Part shown: one piece after another, positions 24,630-41,215 of the stretch
Layout: every line of letters begins with the position of its first letter
Numbering within the stretch: position 1 is the first letter of the stretch
Assembly: GCA_964016885.1 (NCBI GenBank)
Contig: OZ024743.1
Span: 358,112,001-358,176,000 of the forward strand
Origin: Eledone cirrhosa
Taxonomy: Eukaryota
Length of the DNA: 64,000 nt
Reading direction: 5' to 3'
Translations under genes and position numbers: made by a program
The notes under the pieces: generated by a model
What the model was told of the DNA's origin: nothing
What the model saw: only the letters and a program-made list of their open reading frames with translations
The model's database searches: none

Positions 24630-26552
24630 TTAGGGAGAAGTGTTTAGACGGGGTCCGTATTTGTTAATGAAGTAAGATTCCTTGCTGATGCGCTGGGTGT
24701 GGGTGGCATTATCTTTAAATTTGTAGAGGGGAAAGATTCTGAAGTTGGGATGATTTTGGGCGGCACAGGTATCAATGTGTTCACTCAGTGGTATTTTCCT
24801 GTATTCCCGTATTTTAATTTGGGATCTATGGACAGTCATGCGTTGGTGGAGGCTGTTTTTGGTCTGGCCTATGTATTGTTCTCGACAACCTGAACAAGTT
24901 AATACATATATTAGATTTTCCGATGCACATGTGAAATTGTGTTTTACTATAAAACGTTGTCCATCTTTGAAATAGAATTCCGAACCCTCTATTAGGTTGA
25001 TGCAAATGCCACAGTTGGGTCTATCGCATTTTTTTACTGTGGGTTTCGTTGTTGTGGTTGGCAGTACTTTGCCATGTGTTAAGATGTTTTTCATTGACTT
25101 GGATTGTCTTTTGCTCTTTATGATATCGTGTGTTCGTAGAATTTGATTCATTCTATGGTCCTTTTTCAATACAGGGATGTTCTGGAGGATGGTGTCAAAG
25201 GCCTCATTGTTGAGGGGGTTGTGTGTGGAGATGTATGGAAGAGCTTTTAGTTTTGGTTGATTTACTTTAGGGTGTCTAAGGTCCTGGGTACTGAGTTTTA
25301 GGGCACGTTGGATTCCATTGTCAATTAGTGATGCAGGGTAGTCCCTGCCTATGAGTGTGTCCTTTAGTTCTTGTAGCCGTAAGTAGCAGATGTTTTTATT
25401 GGAGACTATAGTACAGATTCTCTTGGCTAAGTTGTAGGGAATATTAATTTTAACGTGTCTAGGGTGGCAAGAGTTGAAGGGGAGGTATTGCTTGGAGTCT
25501 GTGGGCTTGTAGTATATGTCTGTTTCTATTTTTTTGTTATGGATCTTAATGAGGATGTCGAGGAAGGGGAGTTGTTGATGGCTGTATTCCATCGTGAAGT
25601 TAATATTTGTGTTGAGCCCATTTATAAGGGTGTGAAATTCTTTAAGTTTTTCGATGTTTTCGTGCCAAAGGATGAAGCAGTCATCTAGATATCGCTTCCA
25701 GTTCCTTTCAATGTGTAAGTGGAGGGTGTTTCCAAATTTGTTTAGGACTTTAGTGTAGAGGGTGATTTCCAGGTATCCCATGACTAGGTTGGCATAAGTA
25801 GGGGCTGTTTTCGTTCCCATAGCGGTCCCAGATTTCTGCCTGTAGGGTTTGTTATTGAAAACGAAGTAATTGTTCTCCAAGATAAATTTGAGTCCTTCTA
25901 TCACGAATTCTTTTTTGATGCGTTGTGGGAGTTCATTGTGGAAATTATCCAGCCAGAATTGGATAGCTTCTATTCCTAGGTTGTGGGGGATGTTGGAGTA
26001 TAGGTTGACTACATCGAACGTCACTAGTAGGGTTTGTTCAGAAAGTGGCATATTAGGGAGGTGATTGAGCATATCTAGGTCGTCCCTTATATAGCTTTTG
26101 ATGTGCTTGAGGAAGGGTTTGAGAAGGGTATCAATGAAGTTGCTAAGACGGTGCGTTTCGCAAGCGGGGCCTGCTATTATAGGTCTTAATTTGAGATCAT
26201 TGGGTGAGGGGACATTGATGACTATGTCTGTGGCTTCCTTGCATGCCTTACTGATTGATTCGCTTTTATGTACTTTAGGGATACCGTAGAAAAGGCTGGA
26301 TTTACTTGTGAAGTCTGTGATGAAGCTGAATTCCTTGTTAGTGAGTCCTTCTTTGTATTGGTTGATTAGAGTTTTTAGGTTTCTCATAATTTTCTGTTGA
26401 TTGTAGTGTTCAGCCTTTTCGTAGTATGTTTCGTTTTCCAAAGTTGAGAGCGCTAAGTTGATATAGAATTCTGTCTCCATTAGGACTACTGTACTCCCTT
26501 TATCAGCCTCTTTAATTGTAATGGTTCTGTCGGTTTTTAATCTATTTAATTC

Positions 26553-26555
<3 letters not shown>
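24630..26555 (-). CDS. Penelope-like element ORF (RT + GIY-YIG), Neptune-like, 5'-truncated at (TA)n, frame intact
   Basis: ADKGS, FYGIPKVHK, LRPII, TFDVVNLYSNIP, GTAMGTKTAPTYANL, RYLDDCF, CDRPNCGIC, NLIYVLTC..YIGQT; the ORF-track N-terminus is microsatellite/Helitron read-through. Confidence 0.93.
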
Positions 26556-26604
<49 letters not shown>

Positions 26605-26605
<1 letters not shown>

Positions 26606-26886
26606 TAGCTGGCCCGTCCAGCTGGCGCCCGGCTACCATTGGCGTGTTCTACGGCATCCAGATATAGATATATATAGCTGACGTACCTAGCTTCGCTTGG
26701 ATAAACAGACGATAAGCCGTCTGTGTTGTATAGTATTACTGTTGAAAATATATAGTACAGTATTACCGTTGAAAATATATAGAACAGTACAGTATTACTG
26801 TTGAAAATATATAGTACGGTATTACTGTTGCAAATATATAGTATAGTATTACTGTTCAAAATATATAGTATAGTATAGTATTACTG

Positions 26887-26893
<7 letters not shown>
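26605..26893 (-). mobile_element. Helitron-like element with minisatellite, inverted copy of 21050-21739
   Basis: Near-identical reverse complement including CTAG at 26605-26608. Confidence 0.65.
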
Positions 26894-26934
<41 letters not shown>

Positions 26935-27072
26935 TTACATTCCTCTGTAGAATTTCCATCCACGAACAATCCGTCAACACGAAGCTTTAGTAGAAGACGC
27001 TTGGCCAAAGTGTTACGTAATAGGTTCGAACCCGGAATTACGTGACAACAAAGCGAACGTCTTAACCACATA
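26935..27072 (-). mobile_element. Diverged tRNA-derived SINE head
   Basis: tgtggttaag A-box-like and gggttcgaacc B-box on the minus strand. Confidence 0.5.
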
Positions 27073-27635
27073 AAACAGTTTAACTTGGCACAAGCTTTAT
27101 TTTAATTGATTTTAGTATCGTTTCATACTTCGCACATTTTTCTAAAATAAACTGTAAACAAAAAACATAGTTTTACCGTATAAACTAAGAAAAATATATA
27201 TGCTGTATTTAGGTGAATGAATTTATTTTAGACACTTGAATATTGTAATTAGCTTTAGTCTCAGTGTTGACTTTAAGACATCATATTTAATTTAGATATA
27301 TATTGAAGCTTTAAATTAATTATAAATATTAAAACAAGCAAGGCTGTTTTGGGCTTTAATTTTATTGTAGTCCTTAAAAATATATCAATGCTTTAATTCT
27401 GTGGAAAACATTAAATAAGCTGGTACTTAACTTTCGTTTTAATATTATTGTAATCGTTAAAATAACGTATTTAGCTTTAATGTTAGAATAAACCTTAAAA
27501 TTACCCTTGATATTTAACTATTATCGCAAACATTAAAGTTGTTGTACAGTGAGATTTGTTGACATTGTTAAAAGGTTACTTCCTATTTTGATGAAGGGTA
27601 GGCAGCAGTTAACAAACATAAGGTTATAAATGACA

Positions 27636-28218
27636 TTCCAGCATAGTTACATCCCTTTACGATCTGAGTTCAAATCCCGCCGAGGTTGACTTTGCCTTTC
27701 ATCCTTACGGGGTCGATAAAATAAAGTACCAGTAATGCACTGGGTAATTGCTGGCCTTGTGCCTAAAGTAGAAACAATTATGTACAATGTGGGAAGAGGG
27801 ACCGTTAAATAATGGTTTATGATTTAGTCACAAGGCCAGCAATTCTGGGGGAGTACATTACTGGTGCTATATTTTATCGACCCCGTAAGGATGAAAGGCA
27901 AAGTTAATGCCGGCGGGATTTGAACTCAGACCATAAAGGCCGCAACTCTAAGCTGCAAAGCATGGCGTATTACGTTCTAACGATACTACCAATCCACCGC
28001 CCAGGGGCCGTTAAATAGTGGTTTCTTATATAGGCACTAGGCCAGTAATTTGGGGGGAGGGGAAAGTCGATTAAATCGACCCCAGTGCGTGACTGGTACT
28101 TTTTTTTATCGACCCATAAGGATGAAAGGCAAAGTTGACCTCGGCGGGATTTGAACTCAGATCATAAAGAGCCGTAACTCTATGCTGCAAAGCATGGCGT
28201 CTGACCCTCTACCGATAC
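27636..28218. mobile_element. Cluster of three SINE copies (27636-27780 +, 27812-28002 -, 28018-28218 -)
   Basis: Similarity to 17351-17540. Confidence 0.85.
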
Positions 28219-28265
28219 TCTCTTTCTCTCTCTCTCTCTCTGTATATATATATATATATATATAT

Positions 28266-28632
28266 AGGCTCACCAGAGTGAGCACTCGATGCGTAGTTTC
28301 CAGTAAGTATAGAGTGTAATACTAATAATAAAAAGGAAGATTTTTTAGGTCTTCATTACGTTTATTGAGTAGTGACGCGCGTTTCGCTATTGATCAGCTC
28401 AAGGTTCGATCTGTATCGATCTGGCTCGACTCTGGAATCAAAAGTTCGTCAGACTTCTGTTATGGTAATGATAGAATGCTTCTGTCATTACCATAACAGA
28501 AGTCCGACGAGCTTTTGATTCTAGAGTCGGGCCAGATCGATACAGATCGAACCTTGAGCTGATCAATAGCGAAACGCGCATCACAACTCAATAAACGTAA
28601 TGAAGATCTAACAATCGTCCTTTTTATTAGTA
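28266..28632. mobile_element. Palindromic PLE-terminus-like element in (TA)n (family C)
   Basis: About 155 bp inverted arms centred near 28478, with a hammerhead motif in each. Confidence 0.78.
28368..28458 (-). ncRNA. Type I hammerhead ribozyme with expanded stem II
   Basis: agaagt-CTGACGA-act.ttgat...atcaa.agc-GAAA-cgcgcg-TC-actact; the plus-arm twin at 28498-28588 has core CCGACGA. Confidence 0.7.
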
Positions 28633-28879
28633 TATATATATATATATTAGCCGCTGTGAGTCGGTATTTTGACCTAGTAATTTAATTTGATGTTCCTGTT
28701 TAGCCCAAGAGAAGGCCGAGAAGTCTATGATCAAACGGGACAAATTATATAGGCTACCGATAGAAATGAAGCGAAATTGACTTCTGATTGAAATCAAAAC
28801 CGGACCTAAAACCTCGGTTCATCGCAGGTTTACTTATTTATTATAATTTTCTTAATATAAAGTAGATAGATGTCTGTCG

Positions 28880-29767
28880 GTTTAGATGATGAGTCTTCCA
28901 GTTGTTCGATCAACAGAAGAGCCTACTCATTAAATTAAGAGCTGACCTTCCAACCTCTATAAGCCCACACGGGTAGTACTATGAAAAAAAGTACCCCAAA
29001 ACGGGGAGATATGAGGCAAAATGGGGAGATTTTACATAATGAATGTTATACCCATTTTCACAAGAGAAGACATCTCTCACACACCCCAAAGTGGGTGGGA
29101 GATCTCCATGACTGACGGGTAGAGTTTGGCAGGTCTGCTGTGACTGAATATTCCACAGACACATCTGCTCATAACGCATTGTTTTCTGATTCAACGTGAT
29201 ATGATGTGTGACAAGGCTGGTCCTTTCAATTCAGGTACAGTCTATCAGACGGGCTTCCAAACACTTTCAGTCTACCTAATGTCATCCAAAAGGCTTGAAT
29301 CCACTTGGGAGTATAGTGAAGGATACTTGCTTGAAGTTTCTACGTAGAGGAATCGAAATTGGAACGTAATGTTTGTGAAGGGAACTTCTGAACCACCCGG
29401 ATAGGCTGCATTCATACTATTTAAATTACGGCGGCGTTCAGTTATGACCGACCATGGGTTTGTATCTGGAATATTTCGCCCCAAGATGTTTTGTGGAAGA
29501 CCAACAGTTACTCATGCATGTCAGTCTTCCCTCTCCACGCCACCATTGTTGTCCAACGGAAATGTAGAAGCAGATACAGCTGGATACCTATGTTGTCACA
29601 GGCGAACGACTTCCAGTTAGTTGCTGAGTTAACACCCAGCTGGTACTCAATTTTCCCAGCTGAGTGAACTGGAGAAATGTGAAATAAAATGTCTTGCTCA
29701 AGGACAAAATACGCTGCTTGATCCGGAACTGAACTCACGACCTAACCACTAAGCCACGCGCCTTCAC
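28880..29767 (-). mobile_element. Old tRNA/CORE-like SINE interrupted by a MITE and other sequence
   Basis: Head at 29640-29767 matches 57263-57385 (gtgaaggcgcgtggcttagtggttag, ccttgagcaagac). Confidence 0.55.
28942..29137. mobile_element. MITE-like element with imperfect TIRs gacct(g/t)ccaac / gtt(t)ggcaggtc
   Basis: Second copy at 49902-50062 shares TIRs and internal ccccaaaa.ggggagat...cccaaagtgggtgggagatctcc. Confidence 0.6.
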
Positions 29768-30049
29768 CCTATTTCAATATCGCTAAATATATTCATTTGT
29801 TTGTCTATTTATTTGATTGTATTTCTCCGTTTCAATTCCTGCCTTTACAACAACTAGTCGATCTGCCTATCTGTCTGTCTGTCGGTCGGTGTACTGATCT
29901 GTCTGTGTGTCTGTCGACTGTGTCCGTTCATGAATTTATTATTCTGTTGGCAACGAAGAGCAAATTCAATCCTTGTCTGAATAAATTGATTATTCGTAAA
30001 TAGCGTGAGAATGGTCAAATATCACATCAAGAACTGTAAGCAGTTCTAT

Positions 30050-32770
30050 TGTCATCCCCTCCACTATCACTGCCGCCGCCGCCACCAGCATCATCGTTAC
30101 AGTCACCACTGGTACCATCGCCAGCGTCACCGCCACTATTACTGTCACCACCACAACTGTTTATGTCACCGCCACTACACCACCTCCATCATCAACGCTG
30201 ACGCCACTATCACTATCACCTACACCTACACCACTTTCACCACCATTAGCACCATCACCATTAGCACCACCACTAACCACCAACCTCCATCACCACTACA
30301 ACCATCACCTATACAACCACGACACCATCATCTCTTCTACATTCACCATCACAACCACTTACGTCACCACCCCAATGTCAACTCCAACTAGCATGAATGC
30401 CACCACCTCCACCACCGCTACCACCTACACCTACATCACCATCGCCAACATAGAAATCTCCACCAGTTGAACTACCACCATAAAGATCACCATTACAACC
30501 ATTAAACCTACCTCCACCATCACTACGGGAACACCAGCACAACCACCACCATCGTCACCACCACCACTATCTTCAACATTATCATTCCTACCACAGCCAC
30601 CAGCAACACATTCAATACCACCATCAATAACACCACTATCACCACTACTATCATACTATCAAATCCACCACCACTATTACTAACTCCAAAGGCTCCACCA
30701 CTACCACCACCTCCATAACTAGGAATACCACTAACACTCCCTCCATTTTAACACCACCAACACCACCAACAACACCACCAACACCACCAGCAGCAACAAC
30801 ACCACCAACACCACCAACAACACCACCAACGACACCACCACCACCAACACCAACAACACCAACAACACCACCAACACCAACAACAACACCTACAACACCA
30901 ACAACACCACCAACACCACCAACAACACCACCACTACCAAGAACTCCACCAACAACACCACCAACACCACCAACAACAACATCAACAACACCACCAATAC
31001 CACCAACAACAACACCACCAACAACGCCAAAACACACCAACAACACCAACAACAACACCAACAACGACACCAGAACCACCAACACCACCAACACCACCAA
31101 CAACAACACCAACAACGACACCAACAACATCACCAACATCACCAACACCAACAACACCACCAGAAACGACACCAACAACAACACCAACAACACCACCAAC
31201 ACCACCATCAACAACACCAACAACGACACCAACACACCACCAACAACACCACCACAACCAACACCATCAACAACACCAACAACACCATCAACAATGCCAC
31301 CATCAACACCACCAACACCACCAACAACACCACCAACAACACCACCAACACCACCAACAACACCACCATCACCACCAACACCACCAACAACACCACCAAC
31401 ACCAACACCACCAACACCACAAACAACACCACCAATAACACCACCAACATCACAAACAACACCACCAACAACACCACCAACAACACCAACACCACCAACA
31501 CCACCAACAACACCACCAACACCATCACCAACACCACCAACTACACCACCAACACCAACAACACCACCATCACCAACAACAACGACACCACCACCACCAA
31601 CACCAACAACACCAACAACACCACCAACACCAACACCAACAACACCACCAACACCGCCACCAACAACACCACCACCACCAACACCTACAACACCAACAAC
31701 ACCACCAACACCACCAACAACACCACTACCAAGAACTCCACCAACAACACCACCAACACCACCAACAACAACATCAACAACACTACCAATACCACCAACA
31801 ACAACACCACCAACAACACCAACAACACCAACAACACCAACAACAACACCAACAACAACACCAACAACGACACAAACAACGTCACCACCAATAACACTAA
31901 CAACACAAACAACAACACCAACAACACCAACAACACCAACAACAACAACAACACAAACAACGACACCACCAATAACACCAACAACACCAACAACAACAAC
32001 ACCAACAACAACAACACCAACAACGACACCACCAATAACACCAATAACACCAACAACAACACCAACAACAACAACACCAACAACACCAACAACAACAACA
32101 CCAACAACGACACCACCAATAACACCAACAACACCAACAACAACAACACCAACAACGACACCACCAATAACACCAACAACACCAACAACACCAACAACAA
32201 CACCAACAACACCAACAACAACACCAACAACGACACCACCAATAACACCAACAACAACAACACCAACAACAACAACACCAACAACAACACCAACAACAAC
32301 ACCAACAACGACGCCACCAATAACACCAACAACACCAACAACAACAACACCAACAACAACAACATAACAACAACACCAACAACAACACCAACAACGACAC
32401 CACCAATAACACCAACAACACCAACAACAACACCAACAACAACACCAACAACGACACCACCAATAACACCAACAACACCAACAACAACAACACCAACAAC
32501 AACACCAACAACACCAACAACAACACCAACAACGACACCACCAATAACACCAACAACACCAACAACAACAACACCAACAATAACACCAGCACCACCACCA
32601 GCAACACCAACACCACCAACAACGACACCACCAACAACACCAACAACACCAGCAACAACACCAACAACGACAACACCAACAACACCAACAACAAGAACAA
32701 CACCAACAACAACAACATCACCAACACCACCAACAACACCACCAACAACACAAACGACACCAACGCCATC
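30050..32770. repeat. Long degenerate (ACC/AAC)n low-complexity array
   Basis: Plus strand almost entirely A and C in triplet periodicity. Confidence 0.95.
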
Positions 32771-34788
32771 AACAACAACCATACCTCTGCCACTATGCTA
32801 CCACAACAACAACAACCATACCACTGTCACCATGCTACTACCACCACAACAACAACAACAACCATACCACTGCCACCATACTACCACCACCACAACAATA
32901 ACAACCATACCACTCCTACCATGCTACTACCACCACCACAATAACAACAACCATACCACTACCACCATACTACCACCACCACAACAATAACAACCATACC
33001 ACTCCTACCATGCTACTACCACCACCACAACAACAGCAACCATACCACTGCCACCATGCTAGTACTACCACCACCACAACAACAACCATACCACTACGAC
33101 CATGCTACTACCACTACAACAACAACAACCATACCACTACCACCATCCTACTACCACCACTGCATCAACCACCATACCACTGCCACCATACTACTACCCC
33201 TATAACAACAACAACAACCATACCACTGCCACCATGCTACTACCACCACCACAACAACAGCAACCATACCTCTACCACCATGCTACTACCACCACCACAA
33301 CAACAACCATACCACTACCACCATGCTACTACCACTATAACAACAACCATACCACTGCCACCATGCTACTACCACCACCACAACAACAGCAACCATACCT
33401 CTACCACCATGCTACTACCACCACCACAACAACAACCATACCACTACCACCATGCTACTACCACTATAACAACAACCATACCACTTCTACCATGCTACCA
33501 CCACCACCACAACAACAACAACTATACCACTGCCATAATGCTACTACCACTACAAAAACAACAACCATACCACTACCACCACAACAACAACAACCATGCC
33601 ACCATGCTACTACCACCACCACAACAACTATACCACTGCCACCATGCTACTACCACCACCACAACAACAGCAACCATACCTCTACCACCATGCTACTACC
33701 ACCACCACAACAACAACCATACCACTACCACCATGCTACTACCACCATAACAACAACCATACCACTTCTACCATGCTACCACCACCACCACAACAACAAC
33801 AACTATAGCACTGCCATAATGCTACTACCACTACAACAACAACAACCATACCACTACCACCACAACAACAACAACCATGCCACCATGCTACTACCACCAC
33901 CACAACAACTATACCACTGCCACCACGCTACTACCACCACCATAGCAACAACCATACCACTGCTACCATGCTACCACCACCACAACAACCACCATACCAC
34001 TGCCACCACACTACTACCACCACCATAGCAACAACCATACCACTGCCACCATGCTACTACCACCACCATAGCAACAACCATACCACTGCTACCATGCTAC
34101 CACCACCACAACAACCACCATACCACTGCCACCACGCTACTACCACCACCATAGCAACAACCATACCACTGCCACCGTGCTACTACCACCACCATAGCAA
34201 CAACCATACCACTGCCACCATGCTACTACCACCACCATAGCAACAACCATACCACTGCCACCATGCTACCACCACCACAACAACCACAATACCACTGCCA
34301 CCACGCTACTACCACCACCACAACAACCATACCACTGCCACCACGCTACTACCACCACCACAACAACCACCATACCACTGCCACCACGCTACTACCACCA
34401 CCACAACAACCACCATACTACTGCCACCATGCTACCACCACCACAACAACCACCATACCACTGCCATCACGCTACTACCACCACAACAACCACCATACCA
34501 CTGCCACCACGCTACTACCACCACCACAACAACCACCATACCACTGCCACCACGCTACTACCACCACCACAACAACCACCACGCTACTACCACCATGCTA
34601 CCACCACCACAACAACCACCATACCACTGCCATCACGCTACTACCACCACAACAACCACCATACCACTGCCACCACGCTACTACCACCACCACAACAACC
34701 ACCATACCACTGCCACCACGCTACTACCACCACCACAACAACAACCACGCTACTACCACCACCACAACAACCACCATACCACTGCCAG
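32771..34788. repeat. Minisatellite, unit about 36-48 bp (accataccactgccaccatgctactaccaccaccacaacaaca)
   Basis: Dozens of variant units with locally duplicated blocks. Confidence 0.9.
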
Positions 34789-34905
34789 TAGAAACGTCAG
34801 AAAAATGCAAAAAGAAACAAAAGAAACAAAGATTTAAAAAAAACAAGTTGCAGTGGGGGTGGGGGACAATATTTTCGTCCTCAACACCAACATATCATCA
34901 CCATC

Positions 34906-35178
34906 ATCATCGTAAACATCAGCAGTATTTTCCCTATAAGCATCATCATCGCTATAGTCAACATCATTACAATCGACATAAGCATCACAGGCAATAATCA
35001 TCGTAAACATCAGCAGTATTTTCCACACAAGCATCATCATCGCTATAGTCAACACCATTACAATCGACATAAGCATCACAGGCAATAATCATCGTAAACA
35101 TCAGCAGTATTTTCCACACAAGCATCATCATCGCTATAGTCAACACCATTACAATCGACATAAGCATCACAGGCAATC
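34906..35178. repeat. 91 bp tandem repeat x3
   Basis: atcatcgtaaacatcagcagtattttcc...aagcatcacaggcaat at 34906, 34997, 35088. Confidence 0.92.
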
Positions 35179-35439
35179 AACATCACACGAGCATCACTGT
35201 CAACATCACCATAGTCCGCATCACAAACACCATAACCATTAATGTCATCAACAACACCATCACCATCATCATAATATTCATAACAATCATCATCATGATT
35301 ATCATCATCATCATCATCATCAGCCTCGTGTTCATCTTCATCAAAATCCACCGACTGTTATTCCTACGGTAACACTATTAATATTAAATTAAGAGAAAAA
35401 GTAACACAAATGTTGAAGCAAATATATGAGATATTATAT

Positions 35440-38170
<2,731 letters not shown>

Positions 38171-38171
38171 T

Positions 38172-38313
38172 AACGAGGAATTGTGGTAATAATAGGAAAA
38201 AGTATGACCCCGACGGCAGAGCTCAAGCCGTTTCGACGGCTATTTCTGGACTGAGTCCAGAAATAGCCGTTGAAATGGCTTGAGCTCTGCCGTCGGGGTC
38301 ATACTTTTTCCTA
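38172..38313. mobile_element. Short family B palindrome containing only the 3' half of the hammerhead
   Basis: 60 bp inverted arms centred at 38253; homologous to 22517-22655. Confidence 0.75.
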
Positions 38314-39353
38314 TATATATGCACTTATTATTCCATATGCATGCCGTCAATAAAATACGAATATAGTAGAACCAGACGTATACAAGCATATGCCCTTGTG
38401 TATAAATATACACCCAGAAACATCTACTGATGCGTTGAACTGACTATATATACATATATATAATGTGTTTGTGTTTGTGTATATGTGTGTGCCTGTACAA
38501 ACACATTCGCGCAGATACCTTCTCATACTCATAGTACATATAAACAATTCTTTGTTACTTATATGGACTGCATGTGTGTTCGTGTCCTTGTTGGTATTGC
38601 TATTTAACCCCAAGACGAATATGATCGAGTAGATCTATGATCAAAGGCAACACAGTAAAAATCATCCCTTTCTTTCTTTTTTTCTTTTTTGGTGATGCTT
38701 TTTGTGTGATTTTTGTTTTGGGTTTGTTTGTTCTTTTCAAACAGTACTACATTATCTATGGTGTTCTTTGTTTTTGTCTTTTTTTTGTTGTTTTTTTTTA
38801 GTTTTTTTTCGTGGTTGTGTTTATTTGAGACTGACTTGGCAGCTATTTTTCGCAGATCAATCGACTGATTAGAAGTTCCCTCGTTAGCCTCTGAATTTTC
38901 ACATTTGAGTGTATATGCACTTATTATAAATGAAAATGTAGCTTTTACTGATCGATACTACATGCTTACTTTTGCGCTATCATACAAGTATTTGTAAGGT
39001 GGAATTAACCATACACTGAACATAATTTTTTTAATTACAACATATTTGTTATAAAGAAACTACACACGCCTATATACACATATATGTACACTGATCACTG
39101 ATCCATTAACTCTTAATAAACTTTATGGGCGCTGTCGTGACAGACAGACAGACAGAAAGGGAGAGAGAAGAATCAAAATCGATCCTAACACTGAGTTAGA
39201 TCTTTATTTATTGACTTTGAAAGGATGAAAATCAAAGATGATCTCAGCTGGATTTGAACTCAAAACACAGAAAGTTGAAATTAATAGCACAAAGCATTCT
39301 ATCCGACACCCAGACGACTCTACTAACAATTTGCCGCATGTTTATATATATAT

Positions 39354-39507
<154 letters not shown>

Positions 39508-39895
39508 ATGTTTATATATATATATAAACATACATACATGTTTTTCCTACATAAATATACTCACACACACACACACAAGCACACGAATACATATACATAT
39601 TGATATGGTTGGTAGGGGCGCTTGTGTATGTATTTGAATGCCATCAATAATACACAATAGAATGATAAAAATGATACGTAAAACACCACTATCTCAAATA
39701 CTTGTTCTCCGCTTTTATATAAAACTGTCAAATCTAATTCAACATTAGAAGTGAAAGAAAACAAAACAAATAACTCTACCTCTGTCTGTAGCAATGCTAT
39801 TGTCATACTTCGTGTATTTGAAACAGTTTGAGTCATTTAGGCTGGCTTCACAGAGACTACAAGCCAACGAAATGACAACTCCTTCATAGCTGGAC

Positions 39896-39932
39896 TACGT
39901 GATTGACGTCATTTGGCGGGAAAACCCACGTG
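39896..39932. promoter_or_regulatory. Candidate cis-regulatory motif cluster
   Basis: TACGTG 39896, TGACGTCA 39904, TTTGGCGGGAAA 39912, CACGTG 39927 in apparently unique sequence. Confidence 0.35.
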
Positions 39933-40426
39933 AATGGCGCTTGAGTGACAGCAGTAGATTTTTGTCGGGGCTTCTTCATTGGCAAAGCAGGCAATGACAT
40001 CGTGACAGGCATGATTTCTTATCGTTTTATCTTTTAATTAGCAGCTTCTGACACAAGATAGACTGGTTATAAACAGCCAGCAATGAATGAATGAATGAAT
40101 GAATACCTGTCCATCAACAATATACGATGCTTGTGGAGACGAACTGAAATATTTCCTATCTTAAATCAATGCTTACCGAAGCTTCTCAGCAAGCTAACAA
40201 TGCAATTCAACATATCACAAGCATGGGAATCGTAAAATTTGCTTCTGGCTTGGTATTTTCTTTTTATTTCATGTGATGATATTATACATTGAATACTTAT
40301 TTACAGAGCTCACAGCTCATATACTCACACCTATACATCTATAAACACACACACACACAAGCATTCAAAGATGTTTATATATATGTACATGTACGCATAT
40401 GCATGAATACATATATTGTATACATG

Positions 40427-40471
<45 letters not shown>

Positions 40472-40629
40472 AGGAAGTTATAGTTCACTTGAAGCATTGT
40501 GTAATGAGGTATAAACGTTTGTATATGTATAATAAAGCCAAAATAATGCAAGTATGGACATAGAATAAAGAATGCAAATGCAAAAGATATTGTTGACAAT
40601 TAGTCTTTTACCTTAGATTTATTTAAATG

Positions 40630-40665
40630 TCCTTAATTTTCGAGATAATATCTCTTCTTCGGAGG
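40630..40665 (-). ncRNA. Minimal hammerhead motif in a diverged family A terminus (about 40470-40705)
   Basis: cct-CCGAAGA-a-gagat att atctc-GAAA-at-TA-agg; terminal aatgcttcaagt.aacta shared with 22200. Confidence 0.55.
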
Positions 40666-40989
40666 GAAGTAAAGAGGTTAAACCACTGTTCTAAATAGCT
40701 TGCCATATATGTATATAAATATGTATGTGTGTATAATATACTTATGTATATATATACATATACACACATATATATATACATAATTTTCAAAATTAAAACT
40801 GACAGCCATAAAAATATAATTACACAGACTTATTTGTTTCATGATTGTTGGAAAAGGAAAATAAACGTCTCAACGTTGCGGATGTTAGATCTTCGTCGGG
40901 AAAAAGTGTAGTTAGGGGAAAGAAAGGTTGGAAGGTTTTAAAAAAAAATGATTATCGGGACGGGTAATGTGGACAGGAAGTATATACAT

Positions 40990-41087
<98 letters not shown>

Positions 41088-41145
41088 TTGCGTGCGTGCG
41101 TGCTTGCGTGCGTGTGTGCGTGTGTGTATATATGTGTGTGTGTGC

Positions 41146-41212
<67 letters not shown>

Positions 41213-41215
<3 letters not shown>

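Noticed and set aside
30651-34997. Long Pro/Thr-, Val/Gly-, Cys/Trp- and His-rich ORFs
   Set aside because: Open in several frames on both strands because the repeats lack stop codons; frames shift arbitrarily and no non-repetitive domain is present
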